Positions 1 through 10,036 of a DNA stretch of 30,114 bases are shown piece after piece. Every line of letters starts with the position of its first letter. The stretch's first letter is position 1. Under the pieces are notes generated by a model, which was given only the letters and a program-made list of their open reading frames with translations, made no database searches and was not told where the DNA came from. Position numbers and translations under genes: made by a program. This stretch comes from Thermoplasmatales archaeon SW_10_69_26 (GTDB lineage Archaea; Thermoplasmatota; SW-10-69-26), in contig PXUB01000014.1 in NCBI GenBank assembly GCA_003009755.1, positions 1-30,114 of the forward strand. The letters run 5' to 3'.

Positions 1-142
1 GAAAACCCACAGGGGGTTTCCTTCCTCGGGCTCCGCGACCTTGCCTCGCTCATTCGCACGGGCTTGGCGCCCGTACTCTCGGCAGACCGTGCCCGGTCTC
101 CCGAGACCGGCGCGAGAGCTTAAGCAAAACACGTCCGGCAGT

Positions 143-1408
<1,266 letters not shown>

Positions 1409-1469
1409 GGTCTCAGGCCAGCGAACGCCTACCCGGGTAAAAACTCCGGGGCCGTGCCCTCGCGCACCG

Positions 1470-2528
1470 TCACCGTTCGCCGTCGACCTCGTCGCAGATG
1501 CCGGTCTCGTCGGGCCCGTAGGGACCGTTGCTGCCCTCGTAGGTCTCCCCTTCGGCGCACCAGGTGATCGTGTAGTCCTGGGCGGCGCCGTCCTGGAGCT
1601 CGACGGTGACCGTGTAGTCGCCTGGGCTGGGGTCGTCCCACCACTCGGCCGCGGCGGGCTCGTCGGCGGTGGCCTCGATCGTGCCCAGCTCCTCGCTGGG
1701 GCCCTCGACGGTCGCGGTCACGGTGCTGGTGGCCGGGTCGTCGAGCGTCAGCTCGACGCCGAGCTCGGGGTGGTCGGGCTGTTCGACCTCGAAGGTGTGC
1801 TCGGCGGTCGGCTCGGAGACGCTGACGGTACCCTGGAAGGAGTCGCCCTCCGGGTAGGGGTCGTCGCTGGAGGCGTTGCCGGAGCCGGAGCCCCAGCCGC
1901 CGCCCCAGCCACCCCAACCGCTCCAGCCGCCGTCACCGCCGTCCATCGAGCCGGAGCCGAGGAACTCGCCGGTGGTGGCGTTGACGCGGGCCCACTGGAG
2001 GCCGTCCTCGCGGAACTGGGCCATCGACCAGATCGGATCCTTCTCGGCCTCCTCGCGTTCGAGGTGGTAGAAGGCCATGCCGTCGTCGTCGACTGTCCAG
2101 GCGTCGGTGTTGTCCTGGACGATGTCGACGGCCTCGATCGAGCTGATCTCCCAGTCCGTGATCGCGGGTTGGTCCTCGTCGACGTCGTCATCGCGTTCCT
2201 TGGCGACGACCTCGCCGTCCTCGTCGACGACGACCTGCAGCGTGGCGTTCGGCAGCCGGTACTCGTAGACCCAGAACGGGGCGCCGCCGTCGCCGATCCG
2301 GTCCTCTTGCATCGAGGCGTTGGGGGACCACCCGTCGCCGCGGTCGCTCCAGGACTCGTTGGCTTCGGCGGCGTTCACGCCGAGAAGCTCGGCGTCCTCG
2401 TGCTCGGCGTAGGCTTGCTCGTCGGCCGTGCTGCGGTGCTCCATCGCCGGGGCTCCCTGCGCTGCGGCGCCGATGCAACCGGCGAACGCGAGCGCGGCCA
2501 CCACGATCGCTGCTCCCAACCGTCGCAT
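1470..2528 (-). CDS. Putative lipoprotein: tandem PepSY-like repeats, W/G-rich linker and C-terminal beta-sandwich (PPC/Ig-like) domain
   Basis: Signal MRRLGAAIVVAALAFAGC (lipobox). PepSY-like ends VVVDEDGEVV and ARVNATTGEFL. Linker GGWSGWGGWGGGWG. C-terminal PGDYTVTVE..YTITW. Acidic composition matches real genes. Start set at ATG 2528, with TATA-like TATGTAAG on the minus strand near 2549-2556. Confidence 0.75.
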   Translation of the reverse strand: MRRLGAAIVVAALAFAGCIGAAAQGAPAMEHRSTADEQAYAEHEDAELLGVNAAEANESWSDRGDGWSPNASMQEDRIGDGGAPFWVYEYRLPNATLQVVVDEDGEVVAKERDDDVDEDQPAITDWEISSIEAVDIVQDNTDAWTVDDDGMAFYHLEREEAEKDPIWSMAQFREDGLQWARVNATTGEFLGSGSMDGGDGGWSGWGGWGGGWGSGSGNASSDDPYPEGDSFQGTVSVSEPTAEHTFEVEQPDHPELGVELTLDDPATSTVTATVEGPSEELGTIEATADEPAAAEWWDDPSPGDYTVTVELQDGAAQDYTITWCAEGETYEGSNGPYGPDETGICDEVDGER

Positions 2529-2612
2529 GGGCAACCGAAGGACAGTCGCTTACATAGGGTTTCCTGCCCGGTCGAGGTCCTCGCGGGTGGCCGAGACCGC
2601 GAGCGCGTCCCC

Positions 2613-2831
2613 CTAGCCTGCGGCGTCCTCGAGCTCCTCCTCGATCTCGGCTTGGAGGTCGGGCGGGAGGAGGTTGGGGATGCCGTCCTCGATCGGGTAG
2701 GCGTGCTCGCACTCCTGGCAGGTGAGCGTGCCGGCGAGCACCTCGCCGTCGTCGGCTTCCTCGTCGACGTCCAGCCTTAGACGGCCCTTGTCTTCCGGGC
2801 AGCGGAGGATGTCCATCAGGTCTTTCTCCAT
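2613..2831 (-). CDS. trm112: Trm112-like methyltransferase activator
   Basis: 72 aa with LMDILRCPEDKG...GTLTCQECEHAYPIEDGIPNLLP, the Trm112p signature. GAGGTG SD overlaps the metK stop. Confidence 0.9.
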   Translation of the reverse strand: MEKDLMDILRCPEDKGRLRLDVDEEADDGEVLAGTLTCQECEHAYPIEDGIPNLLPPDLQAEIEEELEDAAG

Positions 2832-2842
2832 CGTTCAACACC

Positions 2843-4015
2843 TCACAGCTCGGGCGGCTCGGCCTTGTCGCCGACGGCGGCCTCCAGATCGGCGACGCGG
2901 TCGGTTCGTTCCCAGGGCAACTCGAGGTCCTCGCGGCCGAAGTGGCCGTAGGCGGCGGTGGGCTCGTACGTGGTGTCGCGCAGCCCGAGCTCCTCGATCA
3001 TGCCGCCGGGGCTGAAGTCGAAGGTCTTCTCCACGAGCTCGGTGAGCCGCTCGTCGGGGACGACGCCGGTGCCGCGCGTGTCGACGTCGAGGCCGACGGG
3101 TTCGCGAGCGGCGATCGAGTAGGCGACCTCAAGCTTGCACTCGTCGGCGAGGCCGGCCTTGACGACGTTCTTGGCGACGTAGCGGGCGTAGTAGGAGGCC
3201 GAGCGGTCGACCTTGGTCGGGTCCTTGCCGGAGAAGGCGCCGCCGCCGTGGGGGACGCGGCCGCCGTACGTGTCGACGATGATCTTGCGTCCGGTGAGGC
3301 CGGCGTCGGCGTAGGGACCCCCGCGCACGAAGCGTCCGGTGTGGTTGATGTAGAAGTCGGTGGTGTCGGTCACCCACTCGTCGGGCACGATCTCGCCGAT
3401 CACGTGCTCGCGGACGTCCTCGCGGACCTTGTCGAGCTCGACGTCGTCGCCGTGCTGGGCGGCGATCACGATCGCGTTGGCGCCCTGCACCTCGCCCCCG
3501 CGGTAGTCGAGCGTGATCTGGCTCTTCCCGTCGGGACGCAGGTAGTCCACGGGGCCCTCCCGGCGGACCTCGGACAGGCGGCGGGCCAGCTGGTGGGCGT
3601 AGTGGATCGGGGCTGGCATCAGGCTGGGCGTCTCGTCGCTGGCGTAGCCGACCATCAGGCCCTGGTCGCCCGCTCCGGGGTCGTCGCCGTCGACGCCCTG
3701 GGAGATGTCGGGCGATTGCTCGTGGAGGGCGGAGATCACGCTGCAGGTGTCGGCGTCGAGCCCGTAGGCGGCGTCGGTGTACCCGATGTCCGCGAGCGTG
3801 TCGCGCACGATCGTGTCCACGTCGAAGCGGGCGTCGGTCGTGATCTCGCCGGTGGTGAGGATGAGCCCCGTCGAGGCCATCGACTCGCAGGCGACCCGGG
3901 CTTCGGGATCGTCGGCGAGGATCGCGTCCAGGACGGCGTCGCTGACCTGGTCGCAGATCTTGTCGGGGTGGCCTTCGGTGACGGATTCGCTCGTGAGGAC
4001 GTGCCGGGAGGCCAT
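2843..4015 (-). CDS. metK: S-adenosylmethionine synthetase, bacterial/eukaryotic type
   Basis: Motifs [58 protein letters not shown] and AAYGHFGR. Confidence 0.97.
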   Translation of the reverse strand: MASRHVLTSESVTEGHPDKICDQVSDAVLDAILADDPEARVACESMASTGLILTTGEITTDARFDVDTIVRDTLADIGYTDAAYGLDADTCSVISALHEQSPDISQGVDGDDPGAGDQGLMVGYASDETPSLMPAPIHYAHQLARRLSEVRREGPVDYLRPDGKSQITLDYRGGEVQGANAIVIAAQHGDDVELDKVREDVREHVIGEIVPDEWVTDTTDFYINHTGRFVRGGPYADAGLTGRKIIVDTYGGRVPHGGGAFSGKDPTKVDRSASYYARYVAKNVVKAGLADECKLEVAYSIAAREPVGLDVDTRGTGVVPDERLTELVEKTFDFSPGGMIEELGLRDTTYEPTAAYGHFGREDLELPWERTDRVADLEAAVGDKAEPPEL

Positions 4016-4044
4016 CTGGGTTCGGCGGGCGGAGGGGGTTGGCG

Positions 4045-4056
4045 CTTAAAGCGGTT
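4045..4056 (-). promoter_or_regulatory. Archaeal BRE/TATA-like promoter of metK
   Basis: Minus strand AACCGC-TTTAAG about 30 nt upstream of ATG 4015, in otherwise GC-rich DNA. Confidence 0.55.
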
Positions 4057-4301
4057 GGGGATGCGGCCACGGAGGCCGACGGGGAGCCGAGACGCTGTCG
4101 GGCTCTGGCGCTCGTCTCACCCCGGACGTGGCCGGCCACCGAGGGACGCCGCTGTCTCGCGCCACCGCATCCGATGGGGAACGAACCCTGGTGCGTTTGG
4201 TCCTGCTGATCGTGAAGGCCTCCAACGGGGAGCGCGACTCGGTCCCCTCAGCTGGCGGGGTCGCCGAGCAGAGGGTCGAGCCGAGGCCGCCGACGAGGCG
4301 C

Positions 4302-5468
4302 TCAGGTCACGATCTCGTCGAGCTGGCCGCGCTGGGCGGCGGCCTTGACCTCGAGCGCCAGCCGGCGGCCGGTGCTCATGTCCTCGCGGAACAGCGTGTT
4401 CCCGTAGGGATGGCCTTGCGAGAGGTGGATGTTGGTGCCGCCGCCGATGCGGGGGGCGACGTCGTAGATGTGGAAGTTCATGTCCTTGTCCACGCAGGTC
4501 TGCAGGCAGAAGGGCCCCAGGATGCCGGGATCGTAGTGCTCCTCAGCCGCCTCGATGAATTTCTCGGCCATCGCGAAGGCGTCGTCGAGCAGGCTCTCAC
4601 GCAGCGTGGCGTTGGCGTGACCGACGACGGTCATCTCGGGCACGGCCTGGTGGTCGGGCAGCGTCGTCTGCTGGTCGGCGGGCAGGCGCACGTGGCCGTC
4701 GAGGCTGGACTCGAAGCGCCAGTCGACGCCGAGCAGATCCAGCGATTCACCGTACAGCTCGAGCGGCGAGTGGAAGAAGTCGAAGTTGAAGACGGGTCCG
4801 ACCACGTAGCGCTCGATGCGGGCGTGCTCGAGGCCCTCCTCGGTGATGACGCCCTCGTCGACGAGCTGTCGGCTCTTCTCGTGGTACTCCTCGGTGCTGG
4901 CGGCCGTGAAGAACCCGCGCTCGAGCTTCTTCTCGGCGTGGTGGAGCTTGACGATGCACAGCTCGTCGATCTCGTTCGGGTGCTCCTTGGCCTCCGGGGA
5001 GGGCAGGCCGGCCTCGTCGAGCAGCCAGTAGTAGTCCTGCTCCTCGGAGCGTTCCTCCATGCGGAGCATGTTGCGGGAGCCGACCATCGGGACCTCGAAC
5101 TCGGACTCGATGCGGTCGAGCTCGCAGTAGGCTGTGAACGAGCGGTTGGGCACGAAGAGGACGTTGTCCTCGCGCAGGCGCTCTTGGCTTTTCGGCTCGA
5201 GCACGTCGCTGAAGTCGTCGAGGACCCAGGATTCGTCGACGCAGCCGCGCAGTCGGTCGCCCGCCTCGTCTCGGGTGGTGCGGAAGTAGCGGGCGTAGGT
5301 CGACTCGCGGCCGCGTTCGCACACGGCGATGTTCGGGATGCCCTCGTCGGCCGCCCCGTCGCAAACGTCCAAGCAACTGTGCGAGCCGATCGCGGCCAGC
5401 TTGACCTCGTCGGGGTCGTAACCGTTCACGACCTCGCGGGCGTTGGCAGGGTCCAGCACCGACGACAT
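4302..5468 (-). CDS. purP: PurP-family ATP-grasp enzyme (formate--phosphoribosylaminoimidazolecarboxamide ligase-like)
   Basis: GSHSCLDVCDGAADEG, FVPNRSF, GSRNMLRMEER, LERGFF, GPFCLQ, DVAPRIGGGTN, MSTGRRLALE. Start moved to ATG 5468 (MSSVLD), with TTTTAC on the minus strand at 5490-5495. Confidence 0.88.
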   Translation of the reverse strand: MSSVLDPANAREVVNGYDPDEVKLAAIGSHSCLDVCDGAADEGIPNIAVCERGRESTYARYFRTTRDEAGDRLRGCVDESWVLDDFSDVLEPKSQERLREDNVLFVPNRSFTAYCELDRIESEFEVPMVGSRNMLRMEERSEEQDYYWLLDEAGLPSPEAKEHPNEIDELCIVKLHHAEKKLERGFFTAASTEEYHEKSRQLVDEGVITEEGLEHARIERYVVGPVFNFDFFHSPLELYGESLDLLGVDWRFESSLDGHVRLPADQQTTLPDHQAVPEMTVVGHANATLRESLLDDAFAMAEKFIEAAEEHYDPGILGPFCLQTCVDKDMNFHIYDVAPRIGGGTNIHLSQGHPYGNTLFREDMSTGRRLALEVKAAAQRGQLDEIVT

Positions 5469-5542
5469 GGACGGGGATTCCCCTCCTGTGTAAAAGCCCT
5501 CCGGGCAGGGCTTCGGATGGAGATCGGCTTCGGAGGGTGGAC

Positions 5543-5584
5543 GAGAGGAGAAAGAGAGGAGGCCCGGCGACCGGACGGCCGGGC
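5543..5584 (-). terminator. Hairpin plus pyrimidine-tract terminator
   Basis: GCCCGGC/GCCGGGC stem (5562-5568 / 5578-5584), then CTCCTCTCTTTCTCCTCTC on the minus strand, just after the stop at 5602. Confidence 0.5.
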
Positions 5585-5601
5585 TGGCGACCCGTCGGGG
5601 G

Positions 5602-5976
5602 TCAGTGGGAGTCAAAGGTGAGCGTGTAGTCCACGCTCCCGTCGACGACGAGGCCGGCGACCTGGGCGGCGGGCTGGCAGCCGTTGTTCTGCGTGAACGA
5701 GACCTGGGCCGTCGTCGTTTGGCCTGTGGCCACGTCCACGCCGGCGCCGGGAGAGCCCTCGACCGAGAGGCTCACGACGTCGGTCGGCGCGGGGTCCTCG
5801 AGCGTGAGGGTGACTGTCCACGTCGTGATGACCTGGGGGCAGGCGGGGCCACCAGGGGCGTAGGTGTCGATCTCGCCGGTCGAGACCGAGCCGCTCTCGG
5901 TGGTGTCGGCGGCGGCTGTCGGAGCCATCGCGAACGAGGCGACGAGCAGAACGGTCAGCGCGATTTTCCCTCGCAT
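5602..5976 (-). CDS. Small secreted beta-rich hypothetical protein
   Basis: Signal peptide MRGKIALTVLLVASFAMAPTAAA, two Cys, ends DYTLTF. TTTAGG box at 6001-6006. Confidence 0.7.
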   Translation of the reverse strand: MRGKIALTVLLVASFAMAPTAAADTTESGSVSTGEIDTYAPGGPACPQVITTWTVTLTLEDPAPTDVVSLSVEGSPGAGVDVATGQTTTAQVSFTQNNGCQPAAQVAGLVVDGSVDYTLTFDSH

Positions 5977-6243
5977 GGGGCGGCGAGTATCGCTCGGATT
6001 CCTAAACCTTGGGCTTCGTCGGCCAGGTTGCGCCTCGGCAGCGCGACGGTCAGCGTCCTCGGCCGACGACCAGCCGCTGGGACCGGCCGCAGGCCGACGA
6101 GCACCGCGACCGGGTGCCGACCGCGCGGGAGACCTACCACGAGGTCCCCTGAGGCCTACAGGCAGGCGCGCTGGATCACCACGTCCGGCGACGGCTCGGC
6201 GCCTGCTCGGGGACCGCGGCCACCGGGGTCTGGGTCCGTCGGC

Positions 6244-6450
6244 TCACGCTGGGCTCCGGGCCAGCGTGTCGTCCACGGCGCCCAGACGCTGGCGAGGCAC
6301 GGCCTCGTGGTGGCTGCAGGTGCCCAGCCAACAGCTCGGGGCTGGGCCGAACACGTCCCGGTAGCGCAGCCCGTGGGCGCGCCGCAGGTGGCGGTCGAGG
6401 CACGCGTCGCAGTCGGTCTCCGTCTCGCATTCGGGGTTCGGGCATCGCAT
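6244..6450 (-). CDS. Small Cys/His-rich protein with C2H2-like zinc finger
   Basis: MRCPNPEC-x12-HLRRAH plus an internal CDAC and CWLGTCSHH. Directly follows the aceA stop; the alternative GTG at 6459 overlaps it. Confidence 0.55.
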   Translation of the reverse strand: MRCPNPECETETDCDACLDRHLRRAHGLRYRDVFGPAPSCWLGTCSHHEAVPRQRLGAVDDTLARSPA

Positions 6451-6455
6451 GGCGA

Positions 6456-7823
6456 TCACGTCTCCGGTGCAGGGTCGGCTTCGGGGGCCGAGTCGAACTG
6501 GTCGGCCTCGGTGGACCCCTCGAGCGCGAGCGTCGACGAGCGGCCGCCGGTGACGGTCTGGCTGACCTGGTCGAAGTAGCCGGCGCCGGCTTCGCGTTGG
6601 TGGCGGACGGCGGTGTAGCCGTCCTCCGCGAGCGCGAACTCGCGCTCCTGGAGGTCCACGTAGGCCCTCATCCCCTCCCGGGCATAGTCCTGCGCGAGCT
6701 CGAACATGCTAGCGGTGAGGCTGTGGAAGCCGGCCAGCGTCACGAACTGGAATGCATAGCCCATGTCGGCCAGCTGCTCCTGGAAGTGGTCGATCTCGTC
6801 CTCGTCGAGGTGCTTGGTCCAGTGGAAGCTCGGCGAGCAGTTGTACATCAGCGGCTTGCCGGGGTGCTCGGCGTGGACGCGGTCGGCGTAGCGTTCGGCC
6901 TCCTCGAGGTCGGGGGTGCTCGTCTCGAACCAGAGCATGTCGACGAGCGGGGCGTAGGCGAGCGAGCGCTCGATGGCGGCCTCGAGGCTGCCTTCGTAGC
7001 GGTAGAAGCCCTCGGGCGTGCGGTCGTCGACGATGTGGGGGCGGTCGCGGGCGTCGACGTCGTTCGTGATGAGCGTGGCCGAGAGGGCGTCGGTGCGGGC
7101 GATCGTGATCGTCGGGACGCCGAGCACGTCGGCGGCCAGGCGGGCGGCCGTGAGCTTGCGTTCGTGCTCGCTGGTCGGGACGAGCACCTTGCCGCCCATG
7201 TGGCCGCACTTCTTCTCGCTGGCGAGCTGGTCCTCGTAGTGGATGCCAGCCGCGCCGGCGCGGATCATCCACTTCGTGAGCTCGAACGTGTTGAGGTTGC
7301 CGCCGTGGCCGGCTTCGGCGTCGGCGACGACGGGCAGGTGCCAGTCGCGGGTGAGCTCGCCCTCGCTCCACTCGATCTGGTCGGCGCGGCGCAGCGCGTT
7401 CGTGATGCGGTCGACGAGCTGGGGGGCGCCATCGGCGGGGTAGATCGACTGGTCGGGGTAGGTCTCGCCGACGGTGTTGGCGTCGGCGGCGGTCTGCCAG
7501 CCGGAGACGTAGATGGCGTCGAGGCCGGCCTTGCCCATCTGGACGGCTTGTTGCCCGGTGACGGCACCCAGCGCCTGCACGTAGTCTCGACCGTTGATCA
7601 TGCGCCACAGCTTCTCGCTGGTCGTCTGGGCGAGGGTGTGGTCGACGGGCATCGAGCCGCGCAGGCGGACGACCTCCTCGGCGTCGTACTCGCGGCGGAT
7701 GCCCTCCCATCGCGGGTCCCGACCCCACTCGCGGCGGAGCGAGCGGGCGACCTCGCGGATGCGATCGTCGACGCCGCGCGGCTCCTCGTCGGCGCCGTTC
7801 GGGCCGCCGTACAGCGCCATCAT
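6456..7823 (-). CDS. aceA: Isocitrate lyase
   Basis: Active-site [57 protein letters not shown] 7823 overlaps the aceB stop (ATGA), with a GGAGG SD. Confidence 0.96.
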   Translation of the reverse strand: MMALYGGPNGADEEPRGVDDRIREVARSLRREWGRDPRWEGIRREYDAEEVVRLRGSMPVDHTLAQTTSEKLWRMINGRDYVQALGAVTGQQAVQMGKAGLDAIYVSGWQTAADANTVGETYPDQSIYPADGAPQLVDRITNALRRADQIEWSEGELTRDWHLPVVADAEAGHGGNLNTFELTKWMIRAGAAGIHYEDQLASEKKCGHMGGKVLVPTSEHERKLTAARLAADVLGVPTITIARTDALSATLITNDVDARDRPHIVDDRTPEGFYRYEGSLEAAIERSLAYAPLVDMLWFETSTPDLEEAERYADRVHAEHPGKPLMYNCSPSFHWTKHLDEDEIDHFQEQLADMGYAFQFVTLAGFHSLTASMFELAQDYAREGMRAYVDLQEREFALAEDGYTAVRHQREAGAGYFDQVSQTVTGGRSSTLALEGSTEADQFDSAPEADPAPET

Positions 7824-9433
7824 CGACCCTCCGGCAACCGCTTTTGCGCTGGCTGGGTCAGGAAGTCGACGAACTCGTCGGCCAGCGCCACCTGCTCGAA
7901 CACCTCGCGCGCTTCCTCGAGCCGGGCGTCCGCGAGCTGGTCCTCGTCCCGTTCCTCGCGGATCGCGTCGACCTGGGCGTCGGCGACCTCGCGCACGAGC
8001 TCGGGCGTGATCTCGGAGCCGTCGTCGAGCTCGACCTCGCGGTGGACCCATTGCCACACCTGGGAGCGGCTGATCTCGGCGGTGGCGGTGTCCTCCATGA
8101 GGCTGAAGATCGCGGCTGCACCCTGGCCGCGGAGCCAGGATTCGACGTAGCGGATGCCGACGCCGACGTTCTGCTCGAGGCCGTCGTGGGTGATCGAGCC
8201 GTACGCGGGCGCGGTGGCGCTGCCGGGTTCGCCGACGCGGACGAGGTCCTCGGGGGCGACGTCGACGTCGCTGCGCTTGGCGTCGATCTGGTTGGGTTCA
8301 CCGTCGAGCACAGCCTCGAAGGGCTCGCGGGCCACGTCGACGAGGGCGGGGTGGGCCACCCAGGTGCCGTCGAAGCCTTGCCCGGCCTCGCGTTGCTTGT
8401 CCTGTTCGACCTCGGCGAAGGCCGTCTCGTTGACCTCGGGATCCGAGCTGGGGATGAAGGCGGCCATGCCGCCGATGGCGTGGGCGCCGCGCTCGTGGCA
8501 GACGCGGACGAGCCGCTCGGTGTAGGCCTCCATGAAGGGGACCGTCATCGTGACCTGCGAGCGGTCGGGCAGGACCTTGGTGGGATCGTCGCGGAAGGTC
8601 TTGATGACGCTGAAGATGTAATCCCAGCGGCCGGCGTTCATGCCGGCGCTGTGGTCGCGGAGCTCGTAGAGGATCTCGGGCATCTCGAAGGCGGCCGGCA
8701 GCGTCTCGAGCAGGACGGTGGCCTTGATCGTGCCCGGTTCGAGCCCGAGCTCGTCCTCGGCGGATCGGAACAGGTCGGCCCACAGGCGGGCTTCCTCGTG
8801 GCCTTCGAGCTTGGGGAGGTAGAAGAACGGGCCCTGGTCGCGCTCGGCGAGCCGTTGGGCGTTGTGGAACAGGTGGAGGCCGGCGTCGAAGAAGCTGCCG
8901 GCGACGGGGTCCCCGTCGACCCGGACGCGGTCCTCCTCGAGGTGCAAGCCGCGGGGACGGACGAACAGCTCGGCGGGGTCCTCGTCGACCTCGTAGACGG
9001 TGTCGTCGTCCTTGGTGACGGTGATCTCCTGGCGCACCGCGTCGTAGAGGTTGACCTGGCCACAGGCCATGTTCGTCCAGGTCGGGCTGTTGGCGTCCTC
9101 GAGGTCGGCCATGAAGACGTCGGCCCCGCTGTTGAGGGCCTTGATCATCATCTTGCGATCCGTCGGGCCCGTGATCTCGACGGTGCGCTTGGCGATCGCC
9201 TCCGGCACGTCGGCGACGGTCCAATCCTCTTCGCGGATCTCGGCCGTCTCCTCCGGGTAGGTGGGGTCCTCCCGGATGCGGGCGCGGCGCTCGGGGCGGG
9301 CCGCGAGCAGCGAGCGGCGGCGGTCGTCGAACTCGGCGTGAAGCTTGGAGAGGAACGACAGCGCTTGCGAGGAGAGGATCTCGTCGATCGGGGGCTCGAT
9401 GGGGGCGTGGACCTCGATGGTTTCCGTCAGCAT
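7820..9433 (-). CDS. aceB: Malate synthase A
   Basis: [89 protein letters not shown]. About 537 aa, MSA size. Confidence 0.95.
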   Translation of the reverse strand: MLTETIEVHAPIEPPIDEILSSQALSFLSKLHAEFDDRRRSLLAARPERRARIREDPTYPEETAEIREEDWTVADVPEAIAKRTVEITGPTDRKMMIKALNSGADVFMADLEDANSPTWTNMACGQVNLYDAVRQEITVTKDDDTVYEVDEDPAELFVRPRGLHLEEDRVRVDGDPVAGSFFDAGLHLFHNAQRLAERDQGPFFYLPKLEGHEEARLWADLFRSAEDELGLEPGTIKATVLLETLPAAFEMPEILYELRDHSAGMNAGRWDYIFSVIKTFRDDPTKVLPDRSQVTMTVPFMEAYTERLVRVCHERGAHAIGGMAAFIPSSDPEVNETAFAEVEQDKQREAGQGFDGTWVAHPALVDVAREPFEAVLDGEPNQIDAKRSDVDVAPEDLVRVGEPGSATAPAYGSITHDGLEQNVGVGIRYVESWLRGQGAAAIFSLMEDTATAEISRSQVWQWVHREVELDDGSEITPELVREVADAQVDAIREERDEDQLADARLEEAREVFEQVALADEFVDFLTQPAQKRLPEGR

Positions 9434-9452
9434 GGCTGAACAATTCACCTAC

Positions 9453-9601
9453 TGTGAGGGGGACCACACACCTCTGCGCCGATCCGCGACGGTTCTCTGT
9501 TGGGTGTGGGTCACGTTGGTTCAATTGAGGGTGGCCATGCCACATCAACCCCGGGCACAGTCGAGCATCTGGGTGAGATCACCATCACATCTATGGGGTG
9601 A
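9453..9601. promoter_or_regulatory. Candidate aceBA control region with several short GTG/CAC palindromes
   Basis: TGTGA-N6-CCACA 9453-9468, GTGGC-CAT-GCCAC 9531-9543, GGTGA-GA-TCACC 9572-9583, in a lower-GC intergenic region. Confidence 0.3.
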
Positions 9602-9635
9602 GCGTACCGAGGACCGTCATCGCGCGGTTCGACAC

Positions 9636-9673
9636 AGAAAAGGAGAAGAGAAAGAGAGGGCTCGCGGAGAGCC
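9636..9673 (-). terminator. Hairpin plus pyrimidine-tract terminator
   Basis: GGCTC/GAGCC stem at the stop codon, then CTCTCTTTCTCTTCTCCTTTTCT on the minus strand. Confidence 0.5.
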
Positions 9674-9906
9674 TAGTCGACGAGCTGGTCCACCTTGTCG
9701 AAGACGGGCCCCAGGCCCATCGGGTGGCAGACGTGGATCGTGAAGGAGACCTCACCCTGGTGGCCGTGGATGGTGGACCCGGTCGGTGGCGCGCAGGCGG
9801 GCGTGAACTCGACGTGCTTGTTCTCCTCGTGGGCGGCGGCGTTGCCCACGAACAAGCTCCCGAACAACAGGAGGCCGACCGCGAGGGCCATCCATCGTCG
9901 CTTCAT
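9673..9906 (-). CDS. Small secreted His-rich hypothetical protein (77 aa)
   Basis: Signal MKRRWMALAVGLLLFGSLFVGNAAA. Mature part has 2 Cys and 6 His. Own AACGTTGAAAG promoter-like motif (about 9934-9944) and terminator. Confidence 0.6.
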   Translation of the reverse strand: MKRRWMALAVGLLLFGSLFVGNAAAHEENKHVEFTPACAPPTGSTIHGHQGEVSFTIHVCHPMGLGPVFDKVDQLVD

Positions 9907-9972
9907 GGCTGAGGCGTTGACGGGCACGACCGGCTTTCAACGTTCCGGTCCCCGGTCGCGCCGCTGGTGGGC

Positions 9973-10018
9973 GAAAAGAGAAAGGAGAAGGGAGGCGAGC
10001 GGGCGTGGTGCCCGCTCG
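9973..10018 (-). terminator. Thermosome terminator
   Basis: Perfect 9-bp stem CGAGCGGGC/GCCCGCTCG (9996-10004 / 10010-10018), then CCTCCCTTCTCCTTTCTCTTTTC on the minus strand. Confidence 0.6.
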
Positions 10019-10036
10019 GTGGGTTGGGGGACCGGC

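Noticed and set aside
1-120. RNase P or SRP RNA (CCCGAGGAAG on the minus strand)
   Set aside because: The following bases do not fit the GAGGAAnnUCC P4 motif, and no SRP helix-8 or Alu motif is visible; kept only as an unassigned structured region
4016-4301. Possible SAM riboswitch upstream of metK (and SAH riboswitch upstream of ahcY)
   Set aside because: No recognisable aptamer core; TATA-like boxes about 30 nt before both ATGs leave no room for a leader
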